A stretch of DNA of 18,745 nt. Source: an uncultured Deinococcales bacterium. Its GTDB lineage: Bacteria; Deinococcota; Deinococci; Deinococcales; JAAFIG01. The stretch is taken from positions 1-18,745 of the forward strand of contig CAXTKV010000098.1 of assembly GCA_964244895.1 (NCBI GenBank), in the 5' to 3' direction. The translations under genes and the position numbers were made by a program. The notes below the pieces were generated by a model. That model searched no databases, had not been told where the DNA came from, and saw only the letters and a list, made by a program, of their open reading frames with translations. Shown in pieces: positions 1-9,297 of this stretch (position 1 is its first letter; each line of letters starts with the position of its first letter).

Positions 1-1
1 G

Positions 2-1213
2 CACGAACCGCGAATGCTCGGGCAAAGGCGGCAATGTCCACTCGGCCCGACCGCGCACCAGGGCCACAGTCGTGGCGTATTCGACCCGGCGGGCGTCCGT
101 GGTGGGTTCCAGGCTCACGACCTCGAGCGTCACGGGCGTGCCATCGTCCGGTAACGCGCCGTCCCGGTCGGCCACGGGGCCGACGGCCACGCTGGGGTGA
201 GAACCAGCCACGATCCTGGCGGGCAGGCTCGAGAGGGAGAGCGGTTGGGTCGCGCGCAGAGCTGCAGGGGACGAAGCGAACGTATCGGCGTGCGCGTTGA
301 GGCGATAAGCGCCCTTCGGCACGAGCGCGGGCAACGTCAGGCTGGCGGTGGCGCGCACCAACGGGCGGACGGCGAAGAGGCGGTACGGGTCGCCCCGTCC
401 GCCCACAGTTTGCGCCGCCAAGCGCACGGCGGTGCCGTCGATGGCGGGATTGCCCAGCTCGTCGCGCGCGTCCCGCAGTTCGATGCGCCAGGCCTCGCGC
501 GGGCCGCTCGGGGCGCTCGAGACGGGGGCGACGAGCTGCGCGCTGGCGACGGGGCCGGGCAGCAGATCGGTCTCGGCGCGCTCGCCTCTGGCCTGAAGGC
601 TGGTGGCGCTGACCTTGAGGATGCCCGTGCGCTGGCGGGCGGGAATGTACGACCAGGCGACGAGGTGCTCGACGCGCATCGTGGTGCTCCACGTACCGGA
701 ATCCGGGTAGATCGCGCGCACCCGCACGTCCTTGGCGCTGACGTTGCCGAAGCGGTCGAGCGGGTGCAGCACGAGCGCCGGGTTCCGGTCACCCGCCACG
801 CGCACCGCCCGAGCGCCGAGCTTGAGCGCGAGTGGCGTGACCGGCTCGAGCGGCTGGCGTTCGAGCTTACCCTCGAAGGCGTAGCGGCCCGCCGTGACCC
901 GGTACACGACCAGTCCAGCGCGAACGTAGGGAATCTCGAGCGTCAATGCGCGCTCGCTGGTCGTGGTCACCTCCACGCTGATCGGCCCGGACGGCGTAGT
1001 CAGCACGGCGCGCACCGACACGCCCTCTGCAAATGGTATGCCTCGCGGGTCGCGCAAGGCGAAGCGCACGCGCTCGGGCGTCGCGCTGACGCTCAGGGCG
1101 GGACGACGTTGCAATTCGGCGCGCTCCGGGGCTGGCCGGGCGCGAAGCGCGAGCGCGCTCAGCGCAAGCAACACCACACCGACCGATAGCGCTCTGCGGC
1201 TGAGGAATTTCAC
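2..1213 (-). CDS. Secreted or N-anchored protein with tandem Ig-like (Big_1/invasin-like) repeats; 3' end runs off the window
   Basis: Absent from the ORF track because it has no stop in the window; translated by hand. GTG at 1213 overlaps the upstream stop (GTGA) and has GAGG upstream. N-terminus MKFLSRRALSVGVVLLALSALALRA looks like a signal peptide. Open for 404 codons. Repeated motifs DPRG, DRFGN, DELGNPAIDGTAV and DRDGALPDDGTPV. Confidence 0.8.
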   Translation of the reverse strand, partial: MKFLSRRALSVGVVLLALSALALRARPAPERAELQRRPALSVSATPERVRFALRDPRGIPFAEGVSVRAVLTTPSGPISVEVTTTSERALTLEIPYVRAGLVVYRVTAGRYAFEGKLERQPLEPVTPLALKLGARAVRVAGDRNPALVLHPLDRFGNVSAKDVRVRAIYPDSGTWSTTMRVEHLVAWSYIPARQRTGILKVSATSLQARGERAETDLLPGPVASAQLVAPVSSAPSGPREAWRIELRDARDELGNPAIDGTAVRLAAQTVGGRGDPYRLFAVRPLVRATASLTLPALVPKGAYRLNAHADTFASSPAALRATQPLSLSSLPARIVAGSHPSVAVGPVADRDGALPDDGTPVTLEVVSLEPTTDARRVEYATTVALVRGRAEWTLPPLPEHSRFV

Positions 1214-4200
1214 GGTGATGCCTCGAAACCCTGGAACTGAATCAAGTACTTCTCGAGCCCCGCCGCCTTCAAAGGCGCAGCCTCACTCGCGCTGCTGGTC
1301 TGGCGTTCGCCGTCGAAGGCGCGCTCATCGCGGGGCGGCGGTTTGCGAAACAAAGCGATCTCGTACGCTTTTGGCAACCTCGCCTCGAGACTGAACGCCT
1401 GGTGGTCGCGCGGCGGGATCGAGGCGAGCAGGTAATCCGAATCGACCCAGGCCAGACCCTTGGCATCGAAAAGGCTCACGAGCGCGCGCGGGATCAGCAC
1501 CTCGCTCGTCCCGACGTTGGCGGCCAGACCGTTCAGCTTCGGGCCGTCCAGCTTCGAGCCATCCGGGCGCACCCAGGCGATGATCGAACGCGAGAGGTCG
1601 CGGCTGGTGACGACCGCCTTGGCGAAAACCTCGAAGTCCTCGACGGCCAGCGGTTCTTTTGGAACATCCGGCCCGGTGAAATCGACCCGGAAGGGCGTGC
1701 GCTCGCCGGGCAGGAGCTTGTGGATCATCAGCGGGCCGACGTTGTTCTGAGCCAGCCGCGCGCCAGCCCTGTCGCGCAGGATCGCGGTCACGGTCACGTC
1801 GGCGGGTCGGGCATCGACGTTCTCGAGTTCACCGACGACGCTGTAGCGCCAGCCCGTCAGAACCGTGATCGGTTTGCCGGAAGCGTCGAACTCGGTGGGG
1901 TCGGCGGGCAGGGCCGCGCGGCGCACGAGGCGCGCGGAAATCACCGCCAACCGTGGACGATCCAGCACGTCGCCCGCCGCCGTCGCGTCGGTGGTCAAAC
2001 GGCGCGGCGCGCGGTAATACGAGACGTTGGGTTCCTCGGTCAGCCGATCCCGCGGGCGCGTCCGGACGAGCGGCCACGTCAGGATGCGCCAGCCCTGGGC
2101 GGTGCGCTCGAGTTGCTGGGTGACTTCCTCGGGGATGCGCTCGAGGCTCGTGACCCAGGTCAGTCGCGTCCGCACGAGCGCGCGGTCACCGACGCGGGGG
2201 CGGTTTTCGTCGCCCTCGCGCGCGATCACGCGCGGTTCAATCCGATCCAGCTTGGCGTAGCCGCTGCGCAGCCCGCCCTGAACCGAAAGATCCAGCAGGT
2301 GACGCTCGAGCGTCAGGCCACCCTGCGGCGAGAGGCGCGTGAATGCCCTGTCGAAGCGCTTGAAGTCCACGTCGTCCCAGTAGGCCAGAACCGTCGCCTC
2401 GGGTTTATCCGGCGCGCGGAGGTGAAGGCCGATGGAGACGAACGCGCCGATCAAGACCAGTCCAATCGAAATCACGCGAACCCACCGGGACCGCGCCGCG
2501 CGCCGCCGAAAGTTCAGCACGCGCTCCAGGGGGCGCAAGAGGCCGCGCCACGGCTGCCAGGGGCTGGCTGGAACCTCCGGCAGGGCGTCCTCGCGGAGCA
2601 GTTCGAGCAAGCGCGCCCCGAAACCCCATCGCTGCCAGCGCCGTCGCCGGGGCGCGCGCCTGCGCAGTCCGAGGCTCGAGAGCGCCAGGATCAGCGCTAG
2701 CGGTGGCAGCACGCCCCACATCGCGCGCTGGTAGATCGGCAGGCTTTTGCGCGGTAGGCGTTCGGGCAATGGCGGGATGTCCTCGCGCTCCCAGACGACG
2801 ATCCCGTTCTCGAGGCGGTTGACGCGGTGCCAGCCGGAAAAGTAGAGCAACGGATCGTAAAACGCATCGTTCGAGAAGACGAATTTCAGGTTGTATTTTT
2901 CCGGCGTGGACAGGAATTGATCGAGGCTGCCGATGCCGGGCACACCCGTGTACTTCGCACCATCCAGGCGCTCTACGGGCGTGGTCGTCAGTTCAATCAA
3001 GCGCCGCGCCGAGTGGTAGTTGCCGTCCGGCGTCAAGGCCCGCGTGTTCGCCGAGAGCCAGGCCATCTGATCGCCGAAGCCGAGCGTCAGGTAGCGGTAG
3101 CGGTAGTGTTCGTCCTTGTCGATGAAGCTGACGATCGGGGAAACGTCGATCGGTTCCGGCTGGAACGGCCTGTAGCGCGTCAGGGTAGACACCCAGACCG
3201 CCAAACTGACGAAGCTCACGACCAGGAGACCCAATCCGGCCAGCCGCACGCGCCGCCCCAGGTTCGCCTCGAACCAGGCCCGCGCGCGCCCGTGACCGAG
3301 GCTCTCGAGCCCCATGCCCGCGAACGGCAAAATCAGGATCGTACCCCAGAAGGTGAACCGGTCGAGCGTCAGGATGTCAAAAGCGCCGCGCAAGAGCATT
3401 TTCGGGATCGGCGTCGTGCCGCCCGTGCCGAGTACGAACAGCGTCAGCAGGCTCAGGGCCACCGGCCAGCGCCACGTCAACAGCCCCTTGTAGCCAGCGT
3501 AAGGGGCGAACCAGATCGTGCTGGCCCACGGGATCACGAAGAACATCAGTCCGGCGGCGGTGTTCTTGATGAAGCTGTCGCGGCTGGCGTGGGGGATGCT
3601 GACCTGAAGGATCGGGTCGGTGCGGCTCCAGTACCAATACGGGAAAACCACCAGCACCAGCGAGAAGACCGTCAGGCTCACGACCAGTCCCGCCCGGTAG
3701 GCGCGCGGCGCGAGTCGGTAGAGGCGGCGCTTTGATCGCGCGATCAGGCCCTCACCGCTCGGCTCAAACGGGCGCGGCGAACGGAACGCCTGAAGGAGTG
3801 CCAGCGCGATCACCGGAGCGGTGAAGAAGACGCTACCGAACAGGGTCGTGACGTGGTGCGCGGCGGTCGTGGCGCTCATGAAGGCGACCGCGCGGGTCAG
3901 TGAGACCTTCTCGCCGGTTCTGAGGTACGCGAAGGCGAACGGGATGCCGTTCAGTAAGAACCCCAACGAGAGCGTCGTCGGCAATTGCCCGAAGACGTGA
4001 ACAGTCTCGGCGATCGAGCTCGAGAGCACCAGGGCGATCGCGGCGTAGCCCGCCGCTCGCGGCGGTGCGAGCAACCGCGAGAATCGGTACAGCCCGACGG
4101 TCAACGACAGGATCGCGCCGAGTTGCGTCAACCCGAAGGCGGTCTTCAATCCGACGGCCTTGGACAGCACCGCGATCAACTGGTGCGATAAGGGCGGATA

Positions 4201-4467
4201 GGAGACGGTCGAGAAACCCGTGTACCAGCGCGGTTCCCACGGGTCGAACCAGCTCTGCGCGTAGTGCGCGCCGAAGAAGACGTGAATCAGCGCGTCGTAG
4301 GTGCGCACGTAGCTCTGGTTGGCGAGCAGCACGCCGTGAAACAGCAGCGCCAGCGCCAGGGCGATGGCCAGCAACCACAGCCCATCGCGCTCCGGCGGCA
4401 CGGTGGGGTTCGCTGGAAGCTCGAGCGCATCCGTTTCCAGGCGTCGCGCGCGCCGTCTGAGAATCAC
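1210..4467 (-). CDS. Large polytopic membrane protein: GT-C-like (PTPS-related-type) glycosyltransferase domain plus a C-terminal extracellular region with FxLYD-like beta domains
   Basis: Many hydrophobic segments. The first loop RTYDALIH...WFDPWEPRWYTGF...YPPL resembles GT-C/PTPS-related membrane proteins. C-terminal VVGELENV...VTAILRD...LLPGERTPFRVDF and LNGLAANVG...VSLFD resemble FxLYD-type domains. The track start (4506) lies inside a palindromic repeat, so the in-frame GTG at 4467 is preferred; start uncertain. Confidence 0.7.
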   Translation of the reverse strand: MILRRRARRLETDALELPANPTVPPERDGLWLLAIALALALLFHGVLLANQSYVRTYDALIHVFFGAHYAQSWFDPWEPRWYTGFSTVSYPPLSHQLIAVLSKAVGLKTAFGLTQLGAILSLTVGLYRFSRLLAPPRAAGYAAIALVLSSSIAETVHVFGQLPTTLSLGFLLNGIPFAFAYLRTGEKVSLTRAVAFMSATTAAHHVTTLFGSVFFTAPVIALALLQAFRSPRPFEPSGEGLIARSKRRLYRLAPRAYRAGLVVSLTVFSLVLVVFPYWYWSRTDPILQVSIPHASRDSFIKNTAAGLMFFVIPWASTIWFAPYAGYKGLLTWRWPVALSLLTLFVLGTGGTTPIPKMLLRGAFDILTLDRFTFWGTILILPFAGMGLESLGHGRARAWFEANLGRRVRLAGLGLLVVSFVSLAVWVSTLTRYRPFQPEPIDVSPIVSFIDKDEHYRYRYLTLGFGDQMAWLSANTRALTPDGNYHSARRLIELTTTPVERLDGAKYTGVPGIGSLDQFLSTPEKYNLKFVFSNDAFYDPLLYFSGWHRVNRLENGIVVWEREDIPPLPERLPRKSLPIYQRAMWGVLPPLALILALSSLGLRRRAPRRRRWQRWGFGARLLELLREDALPEVPASPWQPWRGLLRPLERVLNFRRRAARSRWVRVISIGLVLIGAFVSIGLHLRAPDKPEATVLAYWDDVDFKRFDRAFTRLSPQGGLTLERHLLDLSVQGGLRSGYAKLDRIEPRVIAREGDENRPRVGDRALVRTRLTWVTSLERIPEEVTQQLERTAQGWRILTWPLVRTRPRDRLTEEPNVSYYRAPRRLTTDATAAGDVLDRPRLAVISARLVRRAALPADPTEFDASGKPITVLTGWRYSVVGELENVDARPADVTVTAILRDRAGARLAQNNVGPLMIHKLLPGERTPFRVDFTGPDVPKEPLAVEDFEVFAKAVVTSRDLSRSIIAWVRPDGSKLDGPKLNGLAANVGTSEVLIPRALVSLFDAKGLAWVDSDYLLASIPPRDHQAFSLEARLPKAYEIALFRKPPPRDERAFDGERQTSSASEAAPLKAAGLEKYLIQFQGFEASP

Positions 4468-4499
4468 CCCGCACCCCAATTCAGGCCGGTCTGCGCGCA

Positions 4500-4549
4500 G
4501 GAACACCGTCCAGCACGCGTTTCAAAATTTGCGTGCTGGACGGTGTTCC
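4500..4549. repeat. Palindromic REP-like element, copy 1 (perfect 19-bp arms)
   Basis: GGAACACCGTCCAGCACGC - 12 nt - GCGTGCTGGACGGTGTTCC, between the response regulator and GT-C genes. Confidence 0.9.
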
Positions 4550-4610
4550 CGAGAGCGACGAGGCACACGGGACACGATGGGATCGGCGACGGGGTCAACA
4601 CGGCCCGAGG

Positions 4611-4970
4611 TCAGGTTCCAGCCGCAGCGAGCTGCGCGTTGACCGCGCCGAGAAGCTGAACCCGAGAGAAGGGTTTCGTCAAAAAATCGTTCGCGCCCAG
4701 CGCGCGGGCCGTCACCTCGTCGCGGAACTCACCGTGGGCGGTCACGACGATGATCGGGACGCTCGAGAGCGCCCGAAGCCGTTCGATCAACCAGTACCCA
4801 TCGCGCCCAGGCAAGCCGAGGTCGCAGATCACGAGTTCGACCTCGCGGTCGAATTGCTCCAGACCTTCCTCCGCGCTCTGCGCGAGCCGAGGGGCGAAGC
4901 CGTTCGACTCGAGCAGCAACTGAAGCAGGTAGCGGATGCTCGGCTCGTCCTCCACGACCAGCACACTCAC
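4611..4970 (-). CDS. Single-domain response regulator (CheY-like receiver)
   Basis: VLVVEDE, phospho-acceptor in CDLGLPGRDG, VTA, FLTKPF; 119 aa, no output domain. GTGA overlap with the upstream STAS gene. Confidence 0.93.
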   Translation of the reverse strand: MSVLVVEDEPSIRYLLQLLLESNGFAPRLAQSAEEGLEQFDREVELVICDLGLPGRDGYWLIERLRALSSVPIIVVTAHGEFRDEVTARALGANDFLTKPFSRVQLLGAVNAQLAAAGT

Positions 4971-5308
4971 ATGCCGACCGGATCGGCGAAAGCCGCCTCG
5001 AGCGATTCGTGAATCGGCACCACGCGGTCGAGCAGGGTGTAGGCCAGCACGCGCCGCACGCTCTCGCTCGGCGCGATCAGGCCGAATTCACCTCCGGTTT
5101 GGCGGGCGGCTTTGAGGCCGGAGATGATCGCGGCCAGGCCGGAGGAATCCATGAACTCGACCGCGCTCATGGTGATGAACACCCGGCGGGCTTCGTTGTG
5201 AAGCAGCAACAGGGTGCGGCGCAACTGCGCGGCGTGGTGGGCATCCAGACGCCCTTCGAGCGTGAAATGCGTGGTAAACGGGCGGGGTTGTTCGACGCGC
5301 GTGTTCAT
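4967..5308 (-). CDS. STAS-domain anti-anti-sigma factor (RsbV/SpoIIAA-like)
   Basis: LEGRLDA...VEFMDSSGLAAII with the phosphorylatable Ser; GAGG RBS upstream. Confidence 0.92.
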   Translation of the reverse strand: MNTRVEQPRPFTTHFTLEGRLDAHHAAQLRRTLLLLHNEARRVFITMSAVEFMDSSGLAAIISGLKAARQTGGEFGLIAPSESVRRVLAYTLLDRVVPIHESLEAAFADPVGM

Positions 5309-5337
5309 GATGACCTCGTGTTCATGATGACCTCGTG
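5300..5337. repeat. 17-bp tandem duplication (CGTGTTCATGATGACCT x2 plus CGTG)
   Basis: Exact units at 5300-5316 and 5317-5333. On the minus strand each unit carries GAGG and ATGA. Confidence 0.95.
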
Positions 5338-5759
5338 GCGTGATCGGTGCTTCGATCGGATTGAGTGTCGGTTCCGGTTTCGGACGCGAAGCGCAATTCG
5401 GTGTGGTTCCAGCCGTTCTCGCGGCGGTGGCTGATCTGGCCGTGTTTGGCGAGGCTGCGGATCAGGTGCAAACCGTAACCGCCGCTTCGAAGCTCGCCCA
5501 GGGGCTTCAGGTCGCCCTCGAGTGGGTTGAAAACCCGACCGTCATCGCTGAAGATCAGACGCCAGGCCGCGTCGTCTTTCTGGTAGGTGATGGTGCAGCG
5601 ACCCGCTCGACCGTGGCGGATCGAGTTCACGAACAGTTCGTTGACGGCCAGTTCGATCAGGATCGGGTTGTGCGTCTCGATCTGCAACCGTCCGATGAAC
5701 TCGCCGAGGGCTCCGAGGGACTCGGTTTCGGGTGGCAGGCAAAGGTGGACTTCGATCAT
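5322..5759 (-). CDS. Anti-sigma factor-type Ser kinase (RsbW/SpoIIAB-like HATPase)
   Basis: N box ELAVNELFVNSIRHG, G1 SDDG, G2 GGYGLHLI. Start moved to ATG 5759 (GGAGG RBS, ATGA overlap with the phosphatase stop). Confidence 0.9.
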   Translation of the reverse strand: MIEVHLCLPPETESLGALGEFIGRLQIETHNPILIELAVNELFVNSIRHGRAGRCTITYQKDDAAWRLIFSDDGRVFNPLEGDLKPLGELRSGGYGLHLIRSLAKHGQISHRRENGWNHTELRFASETGTDTQSDRSTDHATRSS

Positions 5760-6964
5760 CGCTCCTCCGGTCGGTACAGCACCGCGACCGCGCACAGGTC
5801 ATCGTCCACGGACCACAAGTCGAGCGCCCGGCGAACGGACTCGAGCGCCGATTCGGGCGTGTCAACCCGCTCGAGCGCGGCCTCGAGACGCTCGGGTCCG
5901 AACAACTCGAAGTGCTCGAGCGTCTCCTGGCGCGCCTCGGTCACGCCATCCGAATAGGCGAACACGAGATCGCCCGGCTCGAGCATCACCTCGCGCACCA
6001 GGTACGCATCGCCGCTCGAGGCTCCGAGCGGCGGGGCGGTCGAAGACAAGGCTTCGAGGCGACCATCGCGCGCGCGCCGCACGAACGCGGGCGGGTGACC
6101 GAGATTGAAATACCGCAAGCGCCCATCCGCCAGCAACTGCGCCCCGAAGAGCGTGCAGAACATCCCAGCGCGCTCCAGATCGCCCCCGAGCGCGCGATCA
6201 AACGCGGCTGGAACGTCTTTTTCTCGGGCCGCGAGCGGAGCGGCGGCGGCGAACATGCAGGCGAACACGGCGGCGGGCATGCCCTTGCCGCTGATGTCAC
6301 CCAGCAGCAACCAATCGTCCGCCAGCACGTAGAAATCTCCCCCGACGCTGCGGGCGGGCTCGTAGTGGGCACTCCAGACGTAGCCGGGCAGGGCCGCGGG
6401 ACGATCCAGCATGATCTCGCGCCAGAGGTCGTTGGCGAGTTCGCGCTCGTGCGCCTGACGCTCCAGGCGGGCTTGCCGGGCGCGCGCTGCGCTCGCCTCG
6501 AGCGCACTCGAGACCAGCCGCCCGAGCGTCTGGGCGAGCCGCACCTCCGCCGCACCGAAGCCGCCCGGACGATCCCAGAAGGCCGTCCATCCTTCACCGA
6601 AGGATCCCTCGAACGGCACGAAAAGCACGCTCGACGGGCCTTCGTTGAACGCCGCGTGCGCCACCGAAAGCTGGGGCCGATCCGGTCGGGGTTGGTCGCG
6701 CAACCAGTCCGGGACGATATCCAGCCACGCCCCACAGACGCTGATGGCCGCACCCAGCGCCCCCATGGTCGAGCGCGCTTCCTCGAGCACCTCCAGGCAT
6801 TCCACCGGATGCCGCAACCCGACGGTCAGTCCCACCGCGCGCTCGAGGAACACGATCTGGTCGTAGCTCTCGGCGAGTGCGGCGGCCATCGAACGCAGTT
6901 CGCTACCGCCCGGATCGAAAATGCCTGGCTGGAGGGGCCGCGAAGGGTGCGGCACGGGCGTCAT
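5756..6964 (-). CDS. SpoIIE/RsbU-like PP2C Ser phosphatase with a degenerate GAF-like N-terminal region
   Basis: VGGDFY, GDISGKG, NLGHPP, YSDGVTEA and DDDL motifs. ATGA overlap with the upstream STAS gene. Confidence 0.92.
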   Translation of the reverse strand: MTPVPHPSRPLQPGIFDPGGSELRSMAAALAESYDQIVFLERAVGLTVGLRHPVECLEVLEEARSTMGALGAAISVCGAWLDIVPDWLRDQPRPDRPQLSVAHAAFNEGPSSVLFVPFEGSFGEGWTAFWDRPGGFGAAEVRLAQTLGRLVSSALEASAARARQARLERQAHERELANDLWREIMLDRPAALPGYVWSAHYEPARSVGGDFYVLADDWLLLGDISGKGMPAAVFACMFAAAAPLAAREKDVPAAFDRALGGDLERAGMFCTLFGAQLLADGRLRYFNLGHPPAFVRRARDGRLEALSSTAPPLGASSGDAYLVREVMLEPGDLVFAYSDGVTEARQETLEHFELFGPERLEAALERVDTPESALESVRRALDLWSVDDDLCAVAVLYRPEER

Positions 6965-7272
6965 TTTTTCGCCACGGCTTTGAACTCCACGGGCAGGACG
7001 CGGTCGAGTTGCGTGATTTCCAGGATCAACCGGACAGGGTCCTGGATATTCATGATCAGCAACTCGTGCCCCGCTTCGCGGCAGCGCCTGTACAGCCCGA
7101 TCAGCGCGGCGAGCGCGCTCGAATCGATGAACAGGACTTCCTCGAGGTCGACCCGAACGTTGCGTTTCGGGGCGCTCGTGACCTTTTTGAATCGCGGCGT
7201 CTCGTGCGCATCGAAGCGCCCGCGCAGGGTGAAAACGGTTTCCGTGAGCAATTCAGAAAGTGTGATCTCCAT
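6961..7272 (-). CDS. Second STAS-domain anti-anti-sigma factor
   Basis: LRGRFDAHE...VDLEEVLFIDSSALAALI...ILEITQLD. ATG 7272 with GAGAGG RBS is preferred over TTG 7350. Confidence 0.9.
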   Translation of the reverse strand: MEITLSELLTETVFTLRGRFDAHETPRFKKVTSAPKRNVRVDLEEVLFIDSSALAALIGLYRRCREAGHELLIMNIQDPVRLILEITQLDRVLPVEFKAVAKK

Positions 7273-7346
7273 GGGCAGCCTCTCGGTGGAGCAGTTCGTG
7301 GGTCGAACGCACAATGGTTCGTCGGCTCGAAGGTCTACGGGTACCC

Positions 7347-8528
7347 TCAAAAAGAGTGCTGGCGAACCCTGGTTTCTCGCCCGAGTTTCAAACGCTCGAG
7401 GTGAAGGACGTACCAGTCCGCCACGTCCTCGAGCAGCAAACCGCTCGCGGCGGCGTGGTTCGCCAGACCGAGTTCGAGGGCGCGCTCGGGCGTCTCGAGA
7501 ACCCGCCAGAGGGCGTCTGCCAGGCTTTCGGGGTCGTTGGGCGCGAAGAATTCGGCGCGGTAGCCTTCGTCTTCGATCAGGTCGGCCAGATCACCGATGC
7601 GCGGCATCACCGCAGCGCGGGCGTACTGTCCGGCCTGGTGCAGGACGCCGCTCGAGCCGGTCGTGCTGTTGTACGGGAAGGCGACCACGGTGCAATCGCG
7701 GAAAACCTCCGGAACCTTGTCTTCGGGAACGTACCCGGTGAAGGTCACGTTCGGCAGGTGCGCGTAGTTGGCGCGCGCGTTTTCCAGGTAGCCCTGCGCG
7801 TTCGGTGAGTCTCCGCCCGCGATCACCAGGCGAACATCCGGGTCGCGCGCCAGCAGGCGGGCGTGGGCCTCGAGCAGCGGTTCGACGGTCTTGTAGGTTC
7901 CAAACTTGCCGAAAGTCATGACCACCCGACCCGACGGCACGGGCGGCGCTTCGCTGGCGTGAAAGGCTCCGTGCGGAGCCAGGAACACGTTTTTTGCCGC
8001 GTACTGGTCGCGCAACAGATCGACGTAGCGCGGCATCGTGGTCGCCACCAGATCGCTCGCCAGGAGCGCCCTGGTGAAGGCGCGCCCCGCCAGCCGCGTG
8101 ATGCGCTCAGCCAGCGCGTTCCCGCCGAAGCCCGCGCGCTCGAGATCGACGGTCTCCATGATGTTGTGCAACAGCGTGATGGTCGGAATCCCGCGCCAGC
8201 GCACCAGCCCCGGCGCGAGCAGGCCGAGCGCAGCGGGGACGCGTCGGTCGCCGAAGGATGCGAATTGAAGATTGAAGATCGCGCCGTCCGGGCGCAATGC
8301 CTCGAGTCGCCGCGCGATGCGCCACGCGTTCGACGGATCGTTGAAGCCCCAGGTTCGGTGAAGGCTGACGTTGGCTGGCCACTCGAGTTCAACCCCGTCC
8401 GTCACGTCGCAGATGACGCTCAGGTGCGAGACTTCGGGCTTCGAGGCGATGGCGCGCACGAGGTGTTCTCCGTACTCAGTGAGCGTCCGCCGACTCGGCG
8501 GGCAGGCGCTGATGATGGCCAGGTGCAT
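7347..8528 (-). CDS. Glycosyltransferase, GT4 family (GT-B fold)
   Basis: TFGKFGTYK, LVIAG, VTFTGYVPE, FPY...SSGVLHQA motifs; AGGAGG RBS. Confidence 0.9.
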   Translation of the reverse strand: MHLAIISACPPSRRTLTEYGEHLVRAIASKPEVSHLSVICDVTDGVELEWPANVSLHRTWGFNDPSNAWRIARRLEALRPDGAIFNLQFASFGDRRVPAALGLLAPGLVRWRGIPTITLLHNIMETVDLERAGFGGNALAERITRLAGRAFTRALLASDLVATTMPRYVDLLRDQYAAKNVFLAPHGAFHASEAPPVPSGRVVMTFGKFGTYKTVEPLLEAHARLLARDPDVRLVIAGGDSPNAQGYLENARANYAHLPNVTFTGYVPEDKVPEVFRDCTVVAFPYNSTTGSSGVLHQAGQYARAAVMPRIGDLADLIEDEGYRAEFFAPNDPESLADALWRVLETPERALELGLANHAAASGLLLEDVADWYVLHLERLKLGRETRVRQHSF

Positions 8529-9297
8529 TCAAACCTCCTGTCTTGCGGTAGTGACCGCCGAGATCGTTGAGGATCAGTTTGCAAAGATCCCGGATAAAGC
8601 GCAGACCGTCGCGCACGGCATCGACCTTGCTGCCGGGCGCATCGAACCAGCGCACGGGAACTTCAATGACGCGATAACCGAATTTGCGAGCCAGGTACAG
8701 AATCTCGAGGTCGAACGAGAAACCCATCGCGCGCTGCGCGGTGAAAAGCCGCAGCGCGGCCTCGCGCTGGAAGAGCTTGAAGCCGCACTGGGTGTCGCGG
8801 GTTTTGAGGCCCGTGAAGGCGCGAGCCAGGCTGCGCAGGAAGGCCGAACCGAGCTTTCGCACGATGGACTTGTTCTCCTCGGTCGCACCGATGGCCGCGC
8901 GCGATCCGATGGCGACATCGTTGCCCGCTTCGAGCGCCGCGATCAGACGAGAAAGTTCTTCGATGGGTGTGCTGTTGTCGGCATCCGCGAAGAGGATCAT
9001 CTGTCCCGTCGCCGCCAGCACGCCGCGCTGCACCGCGCCGCCCTTGCCGGTGTTCGCGTGGCGCAACACCCTCAGGTTGACCCAACCGAGCGTCTCGACC
9101 AGATCGGAGGTCAGGTCGCGGCTGCCATCGTCGGAGACGATCAGCTCCCAGTCCGGTGCAATCTTGGAGACGATCACGGCGAACGCACCGAGCGTCGGCA
9201 GAATCCGTTCGCCCTCGTTGTACGCCGGAATGACGATCGAGAGCGTCGGCGAAACCACGCGCTCGCACCGCCAACGTTCAAAAGCCTCGTATGACAT
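8476..9297 (-). CDS. GT2 polyprenol/dolichyl-phosphate glycosyltransferase (DPG synthase/DPM1-like)
   Basis: SIVIPAYNE, DDGSRD, GKGGAV, DAD, GSR, DTQCGFKLF, FSFDLEIL. Start moved to ATG 9297 (AAGGA RBS). Confidence 0.9.
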   Translation of the reverse strand: MSYEAFERWRCERVVSPTLSIVIPAYNEGERILPTLGAFAVIVSKIAPDWELIVSDDGSRDLTSDLVETLGWVNLRVLRHANTGKGGAVQRGVLAATGQMILFADADNSTPIEELSRLIAALEAGNDVAIGSRAAIGATEENKSIVRKLGSAFLRSLARAFTGLKTRDTQCGFKLFQREAALRLFTAQRAMGFSFDLEILYLARKFGYRVIEVPVRWFDAPGSKVDAVRDGLRFIRDLCKLILNDLGGHYRKTGGLNAPGHHQRLPAESADAH

